From Planctomycetota bacterium (GTDB lineage Bacteria > Planctomycetota > Phycisphaerae > Phycisphaerales > UBA1924), in contig JBCDCB010000006.1 of NCBI GenBank assembly GCA_039182735.1, forward strand, positions 4,971 through 68,970: DNA of 64,000 bases, written 5' to 3'. Shown here in pieces: positions 37,810-49,763 of the stretch. Every line of letters starts with the position of its first letter. Within the stretch, counting starts at the first letter, position 1. Below the pieces are notes generated by a model. That model was not told the DNA's origin, made no database searches, and saw nothing but the letters and a program-made list of their open reading frames with translations. The position numbers were made by a program, and so were the translations under genes.

Positions 37810-39014
37810 GCCGACGCCTTCTCGTTCTTGTCATCGCGCCCCTCCTTGTGCGACGGGCCCGCGATGAGGTCGCGGAACTTCTTCCACACCGATTGCGTTT
37901 CCGGGAGCAGGCTGTGGTCGCCCTCGGTCTCGGCGAACTCGCGCAGCAGCCGCTCCTGCTTGTCGCTCAGTTTCTTGGGGATCTCGATCGTCGCGACGAG
38001 CACCAACTCACCGCGGCGCTGCGAGCGCAGGTTGGGCAGCCCGGCGTCCTTTACGCGGAAGATCGCACCGTGCTGCGTGCCCTTCGGGATCACCACCGAC
38101 GCCGCCTCTTCGAGCGTCGGCACCTCGAGGTGTGCGCCGAGCGTCGCCTGCGTAAACGAGATCGGCAGTTCGAGCAGCAGGTTGTCGCCGTCGCGCTTGA
38201 AGAGCTCGTGCTGCTCCACACGGATGACCACGTGGAGGTCGCCGTTCACGCCCTGCCCGCTCGGGCTCACGTCGGGCGTTGGCGGCTCGCCCTCGCCCTG
38301 CACCCGCACCGCCTGACCGTCGCGGATGCCCGCGGGGATCTTCACGCTCAGCCTGCGCTTCTTGGGCACGCGCCCCTTGCCGCGGCACGTCTCGCAGTGC
38401 TCGGTGATGATCTTCCCGCGACCGCGGCACTGCGGGCACGCGGTCTGCATGCGGAACATCCCGCCGAAACCCGTCTGCACGACGTGGCCCGCGCCCTTGC
38501 ACGTGCCGCACGTTTGCGGCGTGGTGCCGGGCTTCGCGCCGTCGCCCGTGCATGTGCCGCAGACATCGAGTCGCGTGATCTCGACGTCTTCTTCCGTGCC
38601 ACGGAGCACGTCGTGGAGGTCGATGACGACTTCGGTTTCGAGGTCGTAGCCGCGCGCGACGCCGCCCCGACGACCGCGCTGCCCGCGCTGTCCTCCCGCG
38701 CCGCCGCCGAAGATGTCGTTGAACATCGAGAAGATGTCATCGACGTTCATGCGGCTGAAGTCGTGGCCCGCCGGCGCGCCGGAGCCGCGGAGCCCCTCGT
38801 GCCCGTACTGGTCGTAGACGGTGCGCTTCTGCTGATCGGAGAGCACCTCGTACGCCTCGGCGCACTCCTTGAACCGCTCCTCGGCCTCGGTGTCGCCCGG
38901 GTTGCGGTCCGGGTGGTACTTCATCGCGAGGCGCCGATACGCGCGCTTGATCTCCTCGCCGTCGGCGGTCCGCTCGACGCTCAGGATCTCGTAATAGTCA
39001 CGCGTGGTGGGCAT
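37806..39014 (-). CDS. dnaJ: Chaperone DnaJ
   Basis: J-domain with HPD (KYHPDRN), G/F region, four CxxCxGxG zinc-finger repeats, C-terminal domains. Start set at ATG 39012-39014 ([11 protein letters not shown]). Confidence 0.9.
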   Translation of the reverse strand: MPTTRDYYEILSVERTADGEEIKRAYRRLAMKYHPDRNPGDTEAEERFKECAEAYEVLSDQQKRTVYDQYGHEGLRGSGAPAGHDFSRMNVDDIFSMFNDIFGGGAGGQRGQRGRRGGVARGYDLETEVVIDLHDVLRGTEEDVEITRLDVCGTCTGDGAKPGTTPQTCGTCKGAGHVVQTGFGGMFRMQTACPQCRGRGKIITEHCETCRGKGRVPKKRRLSVKIPAGIRDGQAVRVQGEGEPPTPDVSPSGQGVNGDLHVVIRVEQHELFKRDGDNLLLELPISFTQATLGAHLEVPTLEEAASVVIPKGTQHGAIFRVKDAGLPNLRSQRRGELVLVATIEIPKKLSDKQERLLREFAETEGDHSLLPETQSVWKKFRDLIAGPSHKEGRDDKNEKASA

Positions 39015-39016
39015 GG

Positions 39017-39427
39017 TTAGCTTGAGCCCTTCAGCCACTCTTGGACTTCGCTGATGAGTTGGTCAGGATCGGTCAAATGGGCTTCGTAGTCGTTGAAGTA
39101 GACACCGTCCGCGAGTCCCATGAGCGCCGCGGCGCACACCATCGAGCACTGCGCTTCGGTCGCATCGCTCCCTGTCCGAAGCCCCACCACTGCGTCGCGT
39201 TCACCCACATCGACTGAAGGCTGAACGCCGCCAGGTCCAACGGGGTCGAGATACCACTCGAACCCAGACTCCTTGCCCATGAAGCGAACCGGCAAGTAAC
39301 CCGCGTGCGAAGAGAGATCTGCTGGCTCGATCGCGGACTCGAACCCGAGCATGGTCATGCGCTCAGACAGTCGTGCCGTACTCGGCAGCTTGACCTTCGA
39401 GATAGCAACGAACTGCTCGATGCTCAT
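39017..39427 (-). CDS. Hypothetical protein (136 aa) immediately upstream of dnaJ
   Basis: ATG-initiated ORF ending 2 nt before the dnaJ start. No recognisable motif. Confidence 0.4.
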   Translation of the reverse strand: MSIEQFVAISKVKLPSTARLSERMTMLGFESAIEPADLSSHAGYLPVRFMGKESGFEWYLDPVGPGGVQPSVDVGERDAVVGLRTGSDATEAQCSMVCAAALMGLADGVYFNDYEAHLTDPDQLISEVQEWLKGSS

Positions 39428-39504
39428 CGGGCGCTCCTCAGAAATCGAGCCGGCGCACTCTCGCGCACCGGCTCGGCGAATCTCAGTCTCTCTCCGTCAA
39501 TCGA

Positions 39505-41118
39505 TCAGGACACCGCGCCCGCGACGGGCTCCGCGTCGTCCTTCAGCTCGGTCACCATGACGCTCGTGGTGAGCATCAGGCCCGACACGCTCGCGGCGTT
39601 GCGCAGGGCGCTGATCGCCACCTTCGCCGGGTCGATGATGCCCGCCTTGACCATGTCCACGTACTTGCCGGTCGAAGCGTCGAAGCCCTCATTCGCCGGC
39701 AGTTCCTTGACCTTCTCGACGACGAGGTCGCCCTGCAGCCCGGCGTTGTCCACGATCTGGCGGAGCGGCGCTTCGACGGCCGCCGCGACGATGTCGAAGC
39801 CGACCTTCTCGTCGCCCTTGGCCTTCTTCTGCGCCTTGTGGATGGCCTCGATGGCGCGGACGAGCGCGACGCCGCCGCCGGGCACGTAGCCCTCCTGCGC
39901 CGCGGCGCGGGTGGCGTTGAGCGCATCCTCGACGCGGTCCTTGCGCTCCTTCATCGCAGTCTCGGTGGCGCCGCCGACGGAGATGATCGCCACGCCGCCG
40001 GTCAACTTCGCGAGGCGCTCGGCGAGCTTCTCACGGTCGTAGTCGCTGGTCGAGCGATCACGCTGCGCCGTGATCTGATCGGTGCGGGCGGTGATGTCCT
40101 TCTTCTTGCCGGCGCCCTCGATGATCGTGGTGTCGTCCTTGGTGATGACGATCTTTTTGGCCTTGCCGAGCTCGCTGAGCTCGATGGAGTCGAGCGAGCG
40201 ACCGAGGTCCTCGCTGAAGAAGGTGCCGCCGGTGAGGACGGCAATGTCGCCCAGCATCTGCTTGCGACGATCACCGAAGCCCGGGGCCTTGACGGCGCAG
40301 ACCTTGAGCACGCCGCGGAGACGGTTGACCACGAGCGCCGCGAGGGCCTCACTCTCGACGTCTTCCGCGATGATGAGCAGCGGCTTGCTGGCCGACGCGA
40401 CCTTGTTGAGCAGCGGGAGCAGGTCGTTGAGGTTGCTGATCTTCTTCTCGTGGATCAGCACGATCGCGTCTTCCAGCAGGCTCTCGGTCGTCTTCGGGTC
40501 GGTCATGAAGTAGGGCGAGAGGTAGCCCTTATCGAACTGCATGCCCTCGACGTAATCGAGCTGCGTCTCGGCGGTGTTGCCGTCCTCGACCTCGACCACG
40601 CCTTCGGGACCGACCTTGGCGATGGCCTCGGCGATGAGCTCGCCGATCTCTTCGTCGTGGTTCGCGCTGACCGTCGCGATCTTCTTGTAGTCGGCCTTGC
40701 CCTTGCAGGGCGTGGCGAGTTCTTCGATCGCGTTGGCCGCGGCGTCGGCGGCGGCGTTGATCCCGCGCTGCAGGCTCACCGGGTTCGCGCCCGCCGCGAC
40801 GTGACGCAGGCCTTCAACGAAGATCGACTCGGCGAGCACCGTCGCGGTGGTCGTGCCGTCGCCCGCTTCGTCGTTGGTCTTCTTCGCGACCTGGTGCACC
40901 ATCTTGGCGCCCATGTTCTGAAGCGGCTCGGGGAGGTCGATCTCCTTGGCGACGGAGACGCCGTCCTTGGTGACCGACGGCCCGCCGTAGGACTTCTGGA
41001 TCGCGACGTTGCGACCGCTCGGTCCCATGGTGACCTTCACGGCGCGGGAGAGCTGGCTGAGGCCCTCTTTCATCTCAACCAGGGCGCCGTCCCTGAACAT
41101 CAGCTGCTTGCTGGACAT
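39505..41118 (-). CDS. groEL: Chaperonin GroEL (copy 1, no GGM tail)
   Basis: Full-length Cpn60 with [15 protein letters not shown]-binding block. Ends ...[10 protein letters not shown] without a Gly-Met repeat. Confidence 0.9.
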   Translation of the reverse strand: MSSKQLMFRDGALVEMKEGLSQLSRAVKVTMGPSGRNVAIQKSYGGPSVTKDGVSVAKEIDLPEPLQNMGAKMVHQVAKKTNDEAGDGTTTATVLAESIFVEGLRHVAAGANPVSLQRGINAAADAAANAIEELATPCKGKADYKKIATVSANHDEEIGELIAEAIAKVGPEGVVEVEDGNTAETQLDYVEGMQFDKGYLSPYFMTDPKTTESLLEDAIVLIHEKKISNLNDLLPLLNKVASASKPLLIIAEDVESEALAALVVNRLRGVLKVCAVKAPGFGDRRKQMLGDIAVLTGGTFFSEDLGRSLDSIELSELGKAKKIVITKDDTTIIEGAGKKKDITARTDQITAQRDRSTSDYDREKLAERLAKLTGGVAIISVGGATETAMKERKDRVEDALNATRAAAQEGYVPGGGVALVRAIEAIHKAQKKAKGDEKVGFDIVAAAVEAPLRQIVDNAGLQGDLVVEKVKELPANEGFDASTGKYVDMVKAGIIDPAKVAISALRNAASVSGLMLTTSVMVTELKDDAEPVAGAVS

Positions 41119-41174
41119 CGGTTCTCTTCCTTTCGTGCGTTCGCTCGTTGCGTGCGTAGACGGGACGGGTTCGA

Positions 41175-41465
41175 TCAGCCTTCGAGGATGCCGAGCAGTT
41201 CGGTCTCTCGGAGGATCAGGTGCGAGTCGCCTTTGATCTCGACCTCGGCGCCGGCGTACTTGCCGTAGACCACGGTGTCGCCCTTCTTGATGCCGAGCGT
41301 CGCGCGCTTGCCGTTCTCGAGCAGCTTGCCCGGCCCGACGGCGACGACCTTGCCCTGCACCGGGCGCTCCTTGCTCGACTCGGGCAGGTACAGGCCCGAC
41401 TCGGTCTGGCTGGAGGCCTCGAGGGGCTTGACGAGCACGCGATCTTCCAGGGGCTTGACGGCCAT
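41175..41465 (-). CDS. groES: Co-chaperonin GroES
   Basis: 96 aa, [10 protein letters not shown]...mobile loop...[11 protein letters not shown]. Confidence 0.9.
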   Translation of the reverse strand: MAVKPLEDRVLVKPLEASSQTESGLYLPESSKERPVQGKVVAVGPGKLLENGKRATLGIKKGDTVVYGKYAGAEVEIKGDSHLILRETELLGILEG

Positions 41466-41474
41466 GTTGCTCTC

Positions 41475-41834
41475 CTAATCCTTTCGCTCACCCGGGCGAA
41501 TCCGGACCCGCTCGGGGGTCACCGTGACGATCGCGCCGGCGTGCAGTTCTTGTGCGTATCGATCCGCCGCGGCGTTCGCGGCCCAACCCTGGCGACTCGT
41601 CGCCAGACCTACCAGTCTCACAATCCCGCGGTGCGGCTTCTCGCCGACCACCGCCAGTTCTCCGAAGTCCTTGTCGAGCGTGACAAGCACCCGACCTTCT
41701 TCGTTCGCCCGCGCGAGGATCCGCTCGTCGCCCGGGTCTTCATCCGATTCGCCTGTCCACACCACATCGTGACCGGCCGATTCCAGAAAGTCTTTCGCGC
41801 TCTTCGCGACGCAAGTGTCGAGAAGAAACTTCAC
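41475..41834 (-). CDS. DUF5615 protein (PIN-like / Mut7-C RNase fold; TA-toxin-like)
   Basis: MKFLLD...[16 protein letters not shown] matches the DUF5615 signature. Overlaps the upstream DUF433 gene by 4 nt. Confidence 0.75.
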   Translation of the reverse strand: MKFLLDTCVAKSAKDFLESAGHDVVWTGESDEDPGDERILARANEEGRVLVTLDKDFGELAVVGEKPHRGIVRLVGLATSRQGWAANAAADRYAQELHAGAIVTVTPERVRIRPGERKD

Positions 41835-42085
41835 GCGCCATCACCCCCACCTGCCAGCGAAGGCTCGACACGCTCGTGCCCAACGACGCGCTGTGCATAC
41901 GCCAGACACGCCAGCACGTCCTCGCGTTCGAGCCACGGGTACTCGGCGAGCAGCGTCTCGATCGAATCCCCCGACGCGAGCATCCCCAGCACGTGCTCGA
42001 CGGCGAGGCGACGCCCGCGCACGATCGGCTTGCCGCCGAAGATGGCCGGATCAACCGTGATGCGTTCGAGCAAGTCGTTCTTCAT
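41831..42085 (-). CDS. DUF433 protein (antitoxin-like partner of DUF5615)
   Basis: ITVDPAIFGGKPIVRGRRLAVEHVL...LAEYPWLEREDVLACLAYA is the DUF433 signature. Start is ATG 42085 (or TTG 42100). Confidence 0.75.
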   Translation of the reverse strand: MKNDLLERITVDPAIFGGKPIVRGRRLAVEHVLGMLASGDSIETLLAEYPWLEREDVLACLAYAQRVVGHERVEPSLAGGGDGA

Positions 42086-42096
42086 GGGTCGTTCCG

Positions 42097-42669
42097 TCAA
42101 CTCGTCATGCGGCGCACACGCGCCTCGATCTCGTCGAAGAGCGTCGGCGTGTCATCGACTTCCTCAATGACCGGCGCCGCGTTCTGTTCCTGCGTCCAAC
42201 GCGCGAACCCGAACGCGCTCTGCTTCGGATCGGGCATCAGCACGCACTCGACGCTCGCGATCATCTCCGGCGGCACACCCAGCGTCGTCGGGCGACCGTC
42301 GCCCGCCGTGCCCACGAAGACGTATCCCGTGATGACATCGCAGATCGGCTCGCCGTTGGGGCCGACGGGCCTGCCGCTCGTCTCGGTGAGGTCCGCGGGA
42401 TCGGCCCATCGATCGGGACCGATCGAGCACTTGCCCCGCGCCACCTGCGTGAAGACGTGCGACACCATGAACTGACGCTTGTCCGCGAGCGTGACGCGGA
42501 AGACCGGGTTGCCGTCGATCTGCTCCGACGACGCCGCGGCGTGCTGCATCACCTTCGCGCAGCGCATCATCCACTCGTTCCACGTGACGAGATCCTCCTC
42601 GCGCCCGAGATCGACGGCGCGAAGAGACTGCGGCTGCTGCGGCTGGATGGGTGCGGCTTCTTCGTTCAC
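42097..42669 (-). CDS. Hypothetical protein (190 aa) between groEL2 and the DUF433/DUF5615 pair
   Basis: ORF whose GTG start abuts the groEL2 stop codon (0-nt gap). Its stop is 11 nt before the DUF433 ATG. No recognisable motif. The real start could be an internal Met (for example M34). Confidence 0.4.
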   Translation of the reverse strand: MNEEAAPIQPQQPQSLRAVDLGREEDLVTWNEWMMRCAKVMQHAAASSEQIDGNPVFRVTLADKRQFMVSHVFTQVARGKCSIGPDRWADPADLTETSGRPVGPNGEPICDVITGYVFVGTAGDGRPTTLGVPPEMIASVECVLMPDPKQSAFGFARWTQEQNAAPVIEEVDDTPTLFDEIEARVRRMTS

Positions 42670-44427
<1,758 letters not shown>

Positions 44428-44644
44428 AGATCGTGGCTCCTGTCACACGGGTTGAATCGATCGGTTCTCTCACGCCGGGGTCGCGCGGGCACACCGCTCC
44501 GGCACCGTGAGTGGGTACAAGCGCGATGCCAACTCGCGCCGAGATCCGCCCGCCCGCAGCGTCGAATGGGCGAGGGGCCGACGCGCGGAACCCGTTCGAC
44601 CCCGATTCACGCTGCCAGAGTGGCAGTCGCCTCGCAGTGGCTCA

Positions 44645-45667
44645 CTAGACGATGTCCCTGAGCGTGGGACTGGGCGTGCGGATGGCGCGCGCGATCCGCC
44701 AGCTGTCCACGAACGCCGAGACCATCCCCAGCGTGAGCAGGAGCGACCCGAGCCCGACGAGCATGACGCCGACCTGATCGAGCCACCACGGCGCGGCGCT
44801 CCCGAGCGAGAGCCCGCCGAGGCGGACGAGGTCGCCGATCATCGCGACGCCTACGGCCCCGACCATGGCATAGATGGTCTGGCGATCGACGCGACCCGTG
44901 CGCAGCGCCAGCGACCGCTTGACGAGCTCACGCGCGTTGGGCCGGAAGCCGAGCAGGACCACGCAGAGGCAGAGCCCGATGAGCAGGCGGTAGTGCAGTC
45001 GCGGCTCGGGCGAGCCGTCGATGCCGTAGACGAAGGGGGCGACGGGATCGATCGTGAAACGCACTCGGGCGACGGCCCACAGCAGCGGGATGTACGCGAG
45101 GCACGCGACCGCGGCACCGAGCGACTTGAGCTTCGATCCGCCCCGCACGGGGTAGATAATCCCGAGCAGGCACAGCCCGCCCGCCGCGCCGGCGACGATC
45201 GTGAGCGGCGTGCTCCACGCGAATCCGGGCGGGTGCAGCATGAACCCGCCGAGGAACTCGCTGACGCGCGGCAGCCACGACGCGAGCACCGCAACGAGGC
45301 TCGAAAGCGACCAGCCGATGAGGCAGAGCGACGCGAGCGCCGGGCTGACCATCGGGCGGAACTCGTCGGCTTCGGGATCGACGCGCCACAAGATCGTCGC
45401 GCGGACCGCCGTCCCGCACTCCGGGCAGATCCCGCTGATCGGGATGCCCTGCAGGTCGTACTTGCAGGTCACGCACGGGAGCGTGCCGCGGAGCTGCGCG
45501 TCGAGCGCGCGCGCCGATTCGGTCGGCTCGTGCCCTTCGCCGGCATCGTGCGGCAGTTCTAGAACGGGTCGCCCCTTCGATACTTCTTCTGCAGCGCCGG
45601 ATCGGTTGCAACCGAGCCCGCGCGCATCTCGGATCGTGCTCTCAATGCACGATCGCCCCACGCCCAC
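44645..45667 (-). CDS. Zinc-ribbon membrane protein, paralog family of 24014-24499 (start uncertain)
   Basis: CVTCKYDLQGIPISGICPECG followed by 7 or more TM spans. Candidate GTG starts at 45667 and 45661. The ORF-track extension to 45895 would overlap the MoxR gene on the opposite strand. Confidence 0.45.
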   Translation of the reverse strand: MGVGRSCIESTIRDARGLGCNRSGAAEEVSKGRPVLELPHDAGEGHEPTESARALDAQLRGTLPCVTCKYDLQGIPISGICPECGTAVRATILWRVDPEADEFRPMVSPALASLCLIGWSLSSLVAVLASWLPRVSEFLGGFMLHPPGFAWSTPLTIVAGAAGGLCLLGIIYPVRGGSKLKSLGAAVACLAYIPLLWAVARVRFTIDPVAPFVYGIDGSPEPRLHYRLLIGLCLCVVLLGFRPNARELVKRSLALRTGRVDRQTIYAMVGAVGVAMIGDLVRLGGLSLGSAAPWWLDQVGVMLVGLGSLLLTLGMVSAFVDSWRIARAIRTPSPTLRDIV

Positions 45668-46625
45668 GGCTCGCGAATATACTCGCCCCCGCGTGAATGA
45701 GTCACTCGTCCAACGCCTGCGCGACAACGTCCAGCGTGTCTTCGTCGGCGGACGGGACTCGATCGATCGCGTGCTGTGCTGCCTGCTCGCGCGCGGGCAC
45801 GTCGTCATCGAAGACGTCCCGGGCGTCGGCAAGACCGTGCTGGCCAACAGCGTCGCGCGCTCGATGGGCGGGGTCTTCAACCGTGTGCAGTTCACGCCCG
45901 ACCTACTGCCGTCAGATGTGCTGGGCGTGTCGGTCTACGACGCGAACGCGGCGCGCTTCGACTTCAAACCGGGCCCGATCTTCGCGAACGTGCTGCTCGC
46001 CGACGAGGTGAACCGCACGACACCGCGCACGCAGGCGGCGCTGCTCGAATCCATGAACGAGCGACAGGTGACGATCGACGGGCAGACGCGCCCGCTGCCC
46101 GACCCGTTCATGGTGATCGCGACGCAGAACCCCTTCGACTTCGAGGGCACGTACCCGCTGCCCGAATCGCAGCTCGATCGGTTCCTGATGCACATCTCGA
46201 TCGGGTACCCGTCGCGCGAGTCGGAAGCCGAGGTGCTCAAGCGCCGCCCGTCGGAGAGCGAACTGCCGACACTGGAAGCGGTGACGACCCCCGAAGAGAT
46301 CATCGAAGCGCAGCGCGCGGTGGACGACGTGACGCTCGATCGCTCGCTCATCGACTACATCATCGCGCTGGCCGAGGCGACGCGCACGCACCCGGAGATC
46401 CGCGTGGGTCTTTCGCCGCGCGGCACGCTCGCGCTCAGCACCGCGGCCCGCGCAACCGCGCTGCTCAACGGGCGCGACTACACCACGCCGGAAGACGTCA
46501 TCGACAATGTCCACGCGGTTGTCGCGCACCGCACGATGCTGCGCTCGGCGCCCGATGGCGGCGGAACCGAAGCCGCCCGCGATCTGCTCGACGAACTGCT
46601 CACGACCCTCCCGAGCCCGGTATGA
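45645..46625 (+). CDS. MoxR-family AAA+ ATPase
   Basis: Walker A VIEDVPGVGKT, Walker B LLADEVNR, MoxR C-terminal lid. Start is ATG 45645 or in-frame GTG 45693. Confidence 0.8.
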   Translation: MHDRPTPTAREYTRPRVNESLVQRLRDNVQRVFVGGRDSIDRVLCCLLARGHVVIEDVPGVGKTVLANSVARSMGGVFNRVQFTPDLLPSDVLGVSVYDANAARFDFKPGPIFANVLLADEVNRTTPRTQAALLESMNERQVTIDGQTRPLPDPFMVIATQNPFDFEGTYPLPESQLDRFLMHISIGYPSRESEAEVLKRRPSESELPTLEAVTTPEEIIEAQRAVDDVTLDRSLIDYIIALAEATRTHPEIRVGLSPRGTLALSTAARATALLNGRDYTTPEDVIDNVHAVVAHRTMLRSAPDGGGTEAARDLLDELLTTLPSPV

Positions 46626-46654
46626 ATATCCGGCCAAGCGATCGCCTGGCTGGT

Positions 46655-47251
46655 TCACGGGGAGGCGTCGAGCACGCGGATGTCCGGCACATTGCGGTAA
46701 TACCCGTCGTAGTCGAGCCCGTACCCGACCACGAAGGCATCGGGGATCTCGAACCCGACGTGCTCGGCGCGGATATCCACCTCGCGGCGTTCGGGCTTGT
46801 CGAGCAGAACGCACGAACGCACGCTCGCGGGGTTCTGCTCGCGCACGATGTCACGCACAAGCTGCAGCGTGCGCCCGGTGTCGAGGATGTCGTCGATGAT
46901 GACGACGTGGCGCCCGCCGAGGTCGCGCGGGATGACCCCGCGGAAGGCGGCGCCGCGTGATTCGGTCGTCTGCCCGGCATAACTGCTCACCGTCACGAGG
47001 CGCATCGAGAGCTTGACGGGCATGCGGCGGATGAGGTCCGCCGTGAAGACCATCGCGCCGGTCATCACCGGGAGCATCACAACGCGGTCGGCGTGGTCCG
47101 CGGGCCCCTCGCCCTCCGCTTCCAGCACGTCCATCAGTTCCTGCGCGAGGACCTCGCCGAGTTCGCGCACGCGCTGCTTGATCTGCGCGCGCTCGATGAG
47201 CACCCGCCCGGTGCCCTCCGCCCACGGGTGCGCCGGCTCCTGGTCGTTCAT
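46655..47251 (-). CDS. hpt: Hypoxanthine-guanine phosphoribosyltransferase
   Basis: PRPP-binding motif VVIIDDILDTGRTL. 198 aa from ATG 47249-47251. The ORF-track upstream part is an artefact. Confidence 0.8.
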   Translation of the reverse strand: MNDQEPAHPWAEGTGRVLIERAQIKQRVRELGEVLAQELMDVLEAEGEGPADHADRVVMLPVMTGAMVFTADLIRRMPVKLSMRLVTVSSYAGQTTESRGAAFRGVIPRDLGGRHVVIIDDILDTGRTLQLVRDIVREQNPASVRSCVLLDKPERREVDIRAEHVGFEIPDAFVVGYGLDYDGYYRNVPDIRVLDASP

Positions 47252-47814
47252 CGCGCGAGCCCCTGCAAGCGTCCGCGCTGGCGCGCCGTCCAGTAGTCGC
47301 TCAGCGACTTGTCGATCACCGCGTGCGCTGCCTCTGCGGGCAGGATCTCGTCCACCTCGACGCCCTTCTCCTCGAGCATCTTGTAATCCTCGAGGAACCG
47401 CTTGAGCATCTTGAACAGGTGCCGCGGGAAGTCGCTCGGCTTGGTCATGTCCTCGAACTGCGGGTCGCTTGTCACCACCGCCACGATTTTGTGATCCGGC
47501 TGGCCGTCGTCGATCATCGACATCATCCCCACCGCCCGCGCGTCGCACACGCACAGCGGCGGGATGTTCTCGCTGCAGAACACCAGCACGTCGAGCGGGT
47601 CGTCGTCTTCCGCGTAGGTCTGCGGGATGAACCCGTAGTTCGCCGGGTAGTACACCGCGCTCGAAAGCACCCGGTCCAGCTTGAGCATCCCCGAGTTCTT
47701 GTCCAGCTCGTACTTGTTCGATGATCCCTTCGGGATCTCGATGATCGCGCGGAAGTACTCCGGCAGGGGCTTCTTCTCGACGCTCGGCGTGACATCGTGC
47801 CAGGGGTGGAACAT
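47248..47814 (-). CDS. ppa: Inorganic pyrophosphatase
   Basis: Family I PPase blocks (EIPKGSSNKYELD, DPLDVLV, DHKIVAV). Stop overlaps the hpt start (ATGA). Confidence 0.85.
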   Translation of the reverse strand: MFHPWHDVTPSVEKKPLPEYFRAIIEIPKGSSNKYELDKNSGMLKLDRVLSSAVYYPANYGFIPQTYAEDDDPLDVLVFCSENIPPLCVCDARAVGMMSMIDDGQPDHKIVAVVTSDPQFEDMTKPSDFPRHLFKMLKRFLEDYKMLEEKGVEVDEILPAEAAHAVIDKSLSDYWTARQRGRLQGLAR

Positions 47815-47888
47815 CCGGGTCGGCTCCGTGCGGGGGAGCCGCGAGCATAACGACGAGGCCCGCGCGCGCCCTCCGGTACAGTGCGCCC

Positions 47889-49325
47889 ATGCTCACACTC
47901 GACTACGCCAACTGCCTCTCCGACCGCGTCGCCGCCCACGGGCTCGAACCCGGCGCCCTCGCCCCGGGCTCACCCCTCGCGGACCAGGCGGTGCGCCTCA
48001 CCGCCTCGCTCGCCAAGTCCGCCGGCACAGGCTGGGAACGCTGGACCGACCTGCCCATCAACCCCACCCGAGCCAGGCACGTGCAGGACGTCCTCGCGAT
48101 CAGCGAGGAACTCCGCGAACGCTGCGACAACCTTGTCGTGCTCGGCATCGGCGGCAGCGCGCTCGGGAACATCGCCCTCCAGGCCGCACTACGGCCAGCG
48201 ACGTGGAACCTGCTCCCCAACGACTCCCGCGGCGGGCCCCGCCTCTTCGTCATCGACAACGTCGATCCCGACTACCTGGGCCCCGTGCTCGAGTTCATCC
48301 GGCGATCCGACCCGGGGCTCAAGCGCACCGTCTTCAATGTCATCAGCAAGTCGGGCGAGACCGCCGAGACCGCCGCGCAGTTCATGACCATCCGCAAACT
48401 GCTCATCGACCACCTCGGCGAGCGCGAGCACGCGAAGAACCTCGTCGCCATCACCGACCCCGCCAAAGGCACGATGCGCTCTATCTGCGACGACAACGGC
48501 TACCGCACGCTCCCCGTCCCTGACGGCGTCGGCGGACGCTTCAGCGTCCTCTCACCCGTCGGGCTCTTCTCCGCGGCGATGTGCGGCATCGATATCGACG
48601 CGCTCCTCGACGGCGCCGCGCGCATGAGCCGCGCCTGCGCACAGCCCGAACTCGACAAGAACCCCGCCGCCATGCTCGCGACGCTGCTCGTCGAACTCGG
48701 GCTCGGCAACGGCGTCAAAACGCACAAACCCGTCCACGTGATGATGCCCTACTCCAACCGCCTCTACTTTATGGCCGACTGGTTCCGCCAGCTCTGGGCC
48801 GAATCGCTCGGCAAGCGACACGACACCAACGGCGACGAAGTCTTCGCAGGCTTCACACCCGTCAAGGCCCTCGGCACGACCGACCAGCACTCGCAGGTCC
48901 AGCTCTATCGAGAAGGGCCCAATGACAAGGTCTTCATGTTCATGGAGGTCGAAGACTTCGGCGACGGAGACCTCACCATCCCGAGCGGGCTCGGCGTCGA
49001 GAACCTGCAATACCTCGAAAGCAAGAAGTTCTCGACACTGCTCAACGCCGAGAAGCGCGCAACGGAGTTCGCCTTCGTCGAGTCCGAGCGACCGAACCTG
49101 ACGATCAAGCTCCCCGCGATCGACGAACGGCGCGTCGGCCAGTTCATCTACCTGTGGGAAGTCGTGACGGCGTACGCCGGCCTGATGCTGGGTATCGACG
49201 CGTACGACCAGCCCGCCGTCGAGACCGGCAAGGTCGCGACCTTCGGGCTCATGGGACGACCGGGCTACGAAGAGTGGAAGTCGAAGGTGGACGAACGACT
49301 CGCGCCGACGACGCATGTGATCTGA
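47889..49325 (+). CDS. pgi: Glucose-6-phosphate isomerase
   Basis: PGI family blocks (LGIGGSALG, SKSGETAET, GGRFSVLS). Confidence 0.85.
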   Translation: MLTLDYANCLSDRVAAHGLEPGALAPGSPLADQAVRLTASLAKSAGTGWERWTDLPINPTRARHVQDVLAISEELRERCDNLVVLGIGGSALGNIALQAALRPATWNLLPNDSRGGPRLFVIDNVDPDYLGPVLEFIRRSDPGLKRTVFNVISKSGETAETAAQFMTIRKLLIDHLGEREHAKNLVAITDPAKGTMRSICDDNGYRTLPVPDGVGGRFSVLSPVGLFSAAMCGIDIDALLDGAARMSRACAQPELDKNPAAMLATLLVELGLGNGVKTHKPVHVMMPYSNRLYFMADWFRQLWAESLGKRHDTNGDEVFAGFTPVKALGTTDQHSQVQLYREGPNDKVFMFMEVEDFGDGDLTIPSGLGVENLQYLESKKFSTLLNAEKRATEFAFVESERPNLTIKLPAIDERRVGQFIYLWEVVTAYAGLMLGIDAYDQPAVETGKVATFGLMGRPGYEEWKSKVDERLAPTTHVI

Positions 49326-49367
49326 GGAGCGCCGGATGCTGCACAGACTCGGGGCGTATCGTTCGAT

Positions 49368-49763
49368 ATGAAGCGAGCCGCAGGATGTCTCTGGGTCATC
49401 GTCCCGGCACTGTTGCTCTTTGTCATGCTTCCAGCCGGGCTGCGCGAATATCACTACGTCGATCTCGATACCGCACGAACGAAAGTCGAACATTCGTTCT
49501 TTGGGGGCGTGTATCTCAGACGCTACCACCCGGTGTGGGACATTCAGGTATTCGGCGTCGAAGACGACGAGCCAAGCGGCAACTGGGCGAGGAATCGTAA
49601 GGCCGACGATGACTATTGGTACACCGGGATCCGGTCGGATCGGACGTACTCGCGGGCACTGAATGCAATTCGACAAGCGTCGGTCGCATCAGACATGATT
49701 CAGGCGAGTGATGCTGCGAAACGCGAGCTGGCAAGCCACTTGAACGGCCTTCTTCCGCTCTGA
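49368..49763 (+). CDS. Small secreted/membrane hypothetical protein in a low-GC islet (frame stays open past its TGA to 49988)
   Basis: N-terminal hydrophobic signal CLWVIVPALLLFVMLPAGL. Local GC is about 57% versus about 70% for the surrounding DNA. Confidence 0.4.
   Translation: MKRAAGCLWVIVPALLLFVMLPAGLREYHYVDLDTARTKVEHSFFGGVYLRRYHPVWDIQVFGVEDDEPSGNWARNRKADDDYWYTGIRSDRTYSRALNAIRQASVASDMIQASDAAKRELASHLNGLLPL

Noticed and set aside
44428-44644. CIRCE (TTAGCACTC-N9-GAGTGCTAA) or HAIR heat-shock operators upstream of groEL2
   Set aside because: Only a loose CTCACG...CGTGAG inverted repeat with about 30-nt spacing and a CTGCCA-GAG-TGGCAG hairpin are present. No CIRCE-like element with 9-nt spacing.
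46655-47896. 413-aa minus-strand ORF spanning hpt and antisense of ppa
   Set aside because: Only the C-terminal 198 aa are Hpt. The upstream part overlaps the well-supported ppa gene, which is itself read in a different frame of the same strand region.
49761-49763. Selenocysteine recoding of the in-frame TGA in the low-GC ORF
   Set aside because: No hairpin resembling a bacterial SECIS immediately downstream, and no selenoprotein-like context. A nonsense mutation, readthrough or two cistrons are more parsimonious.
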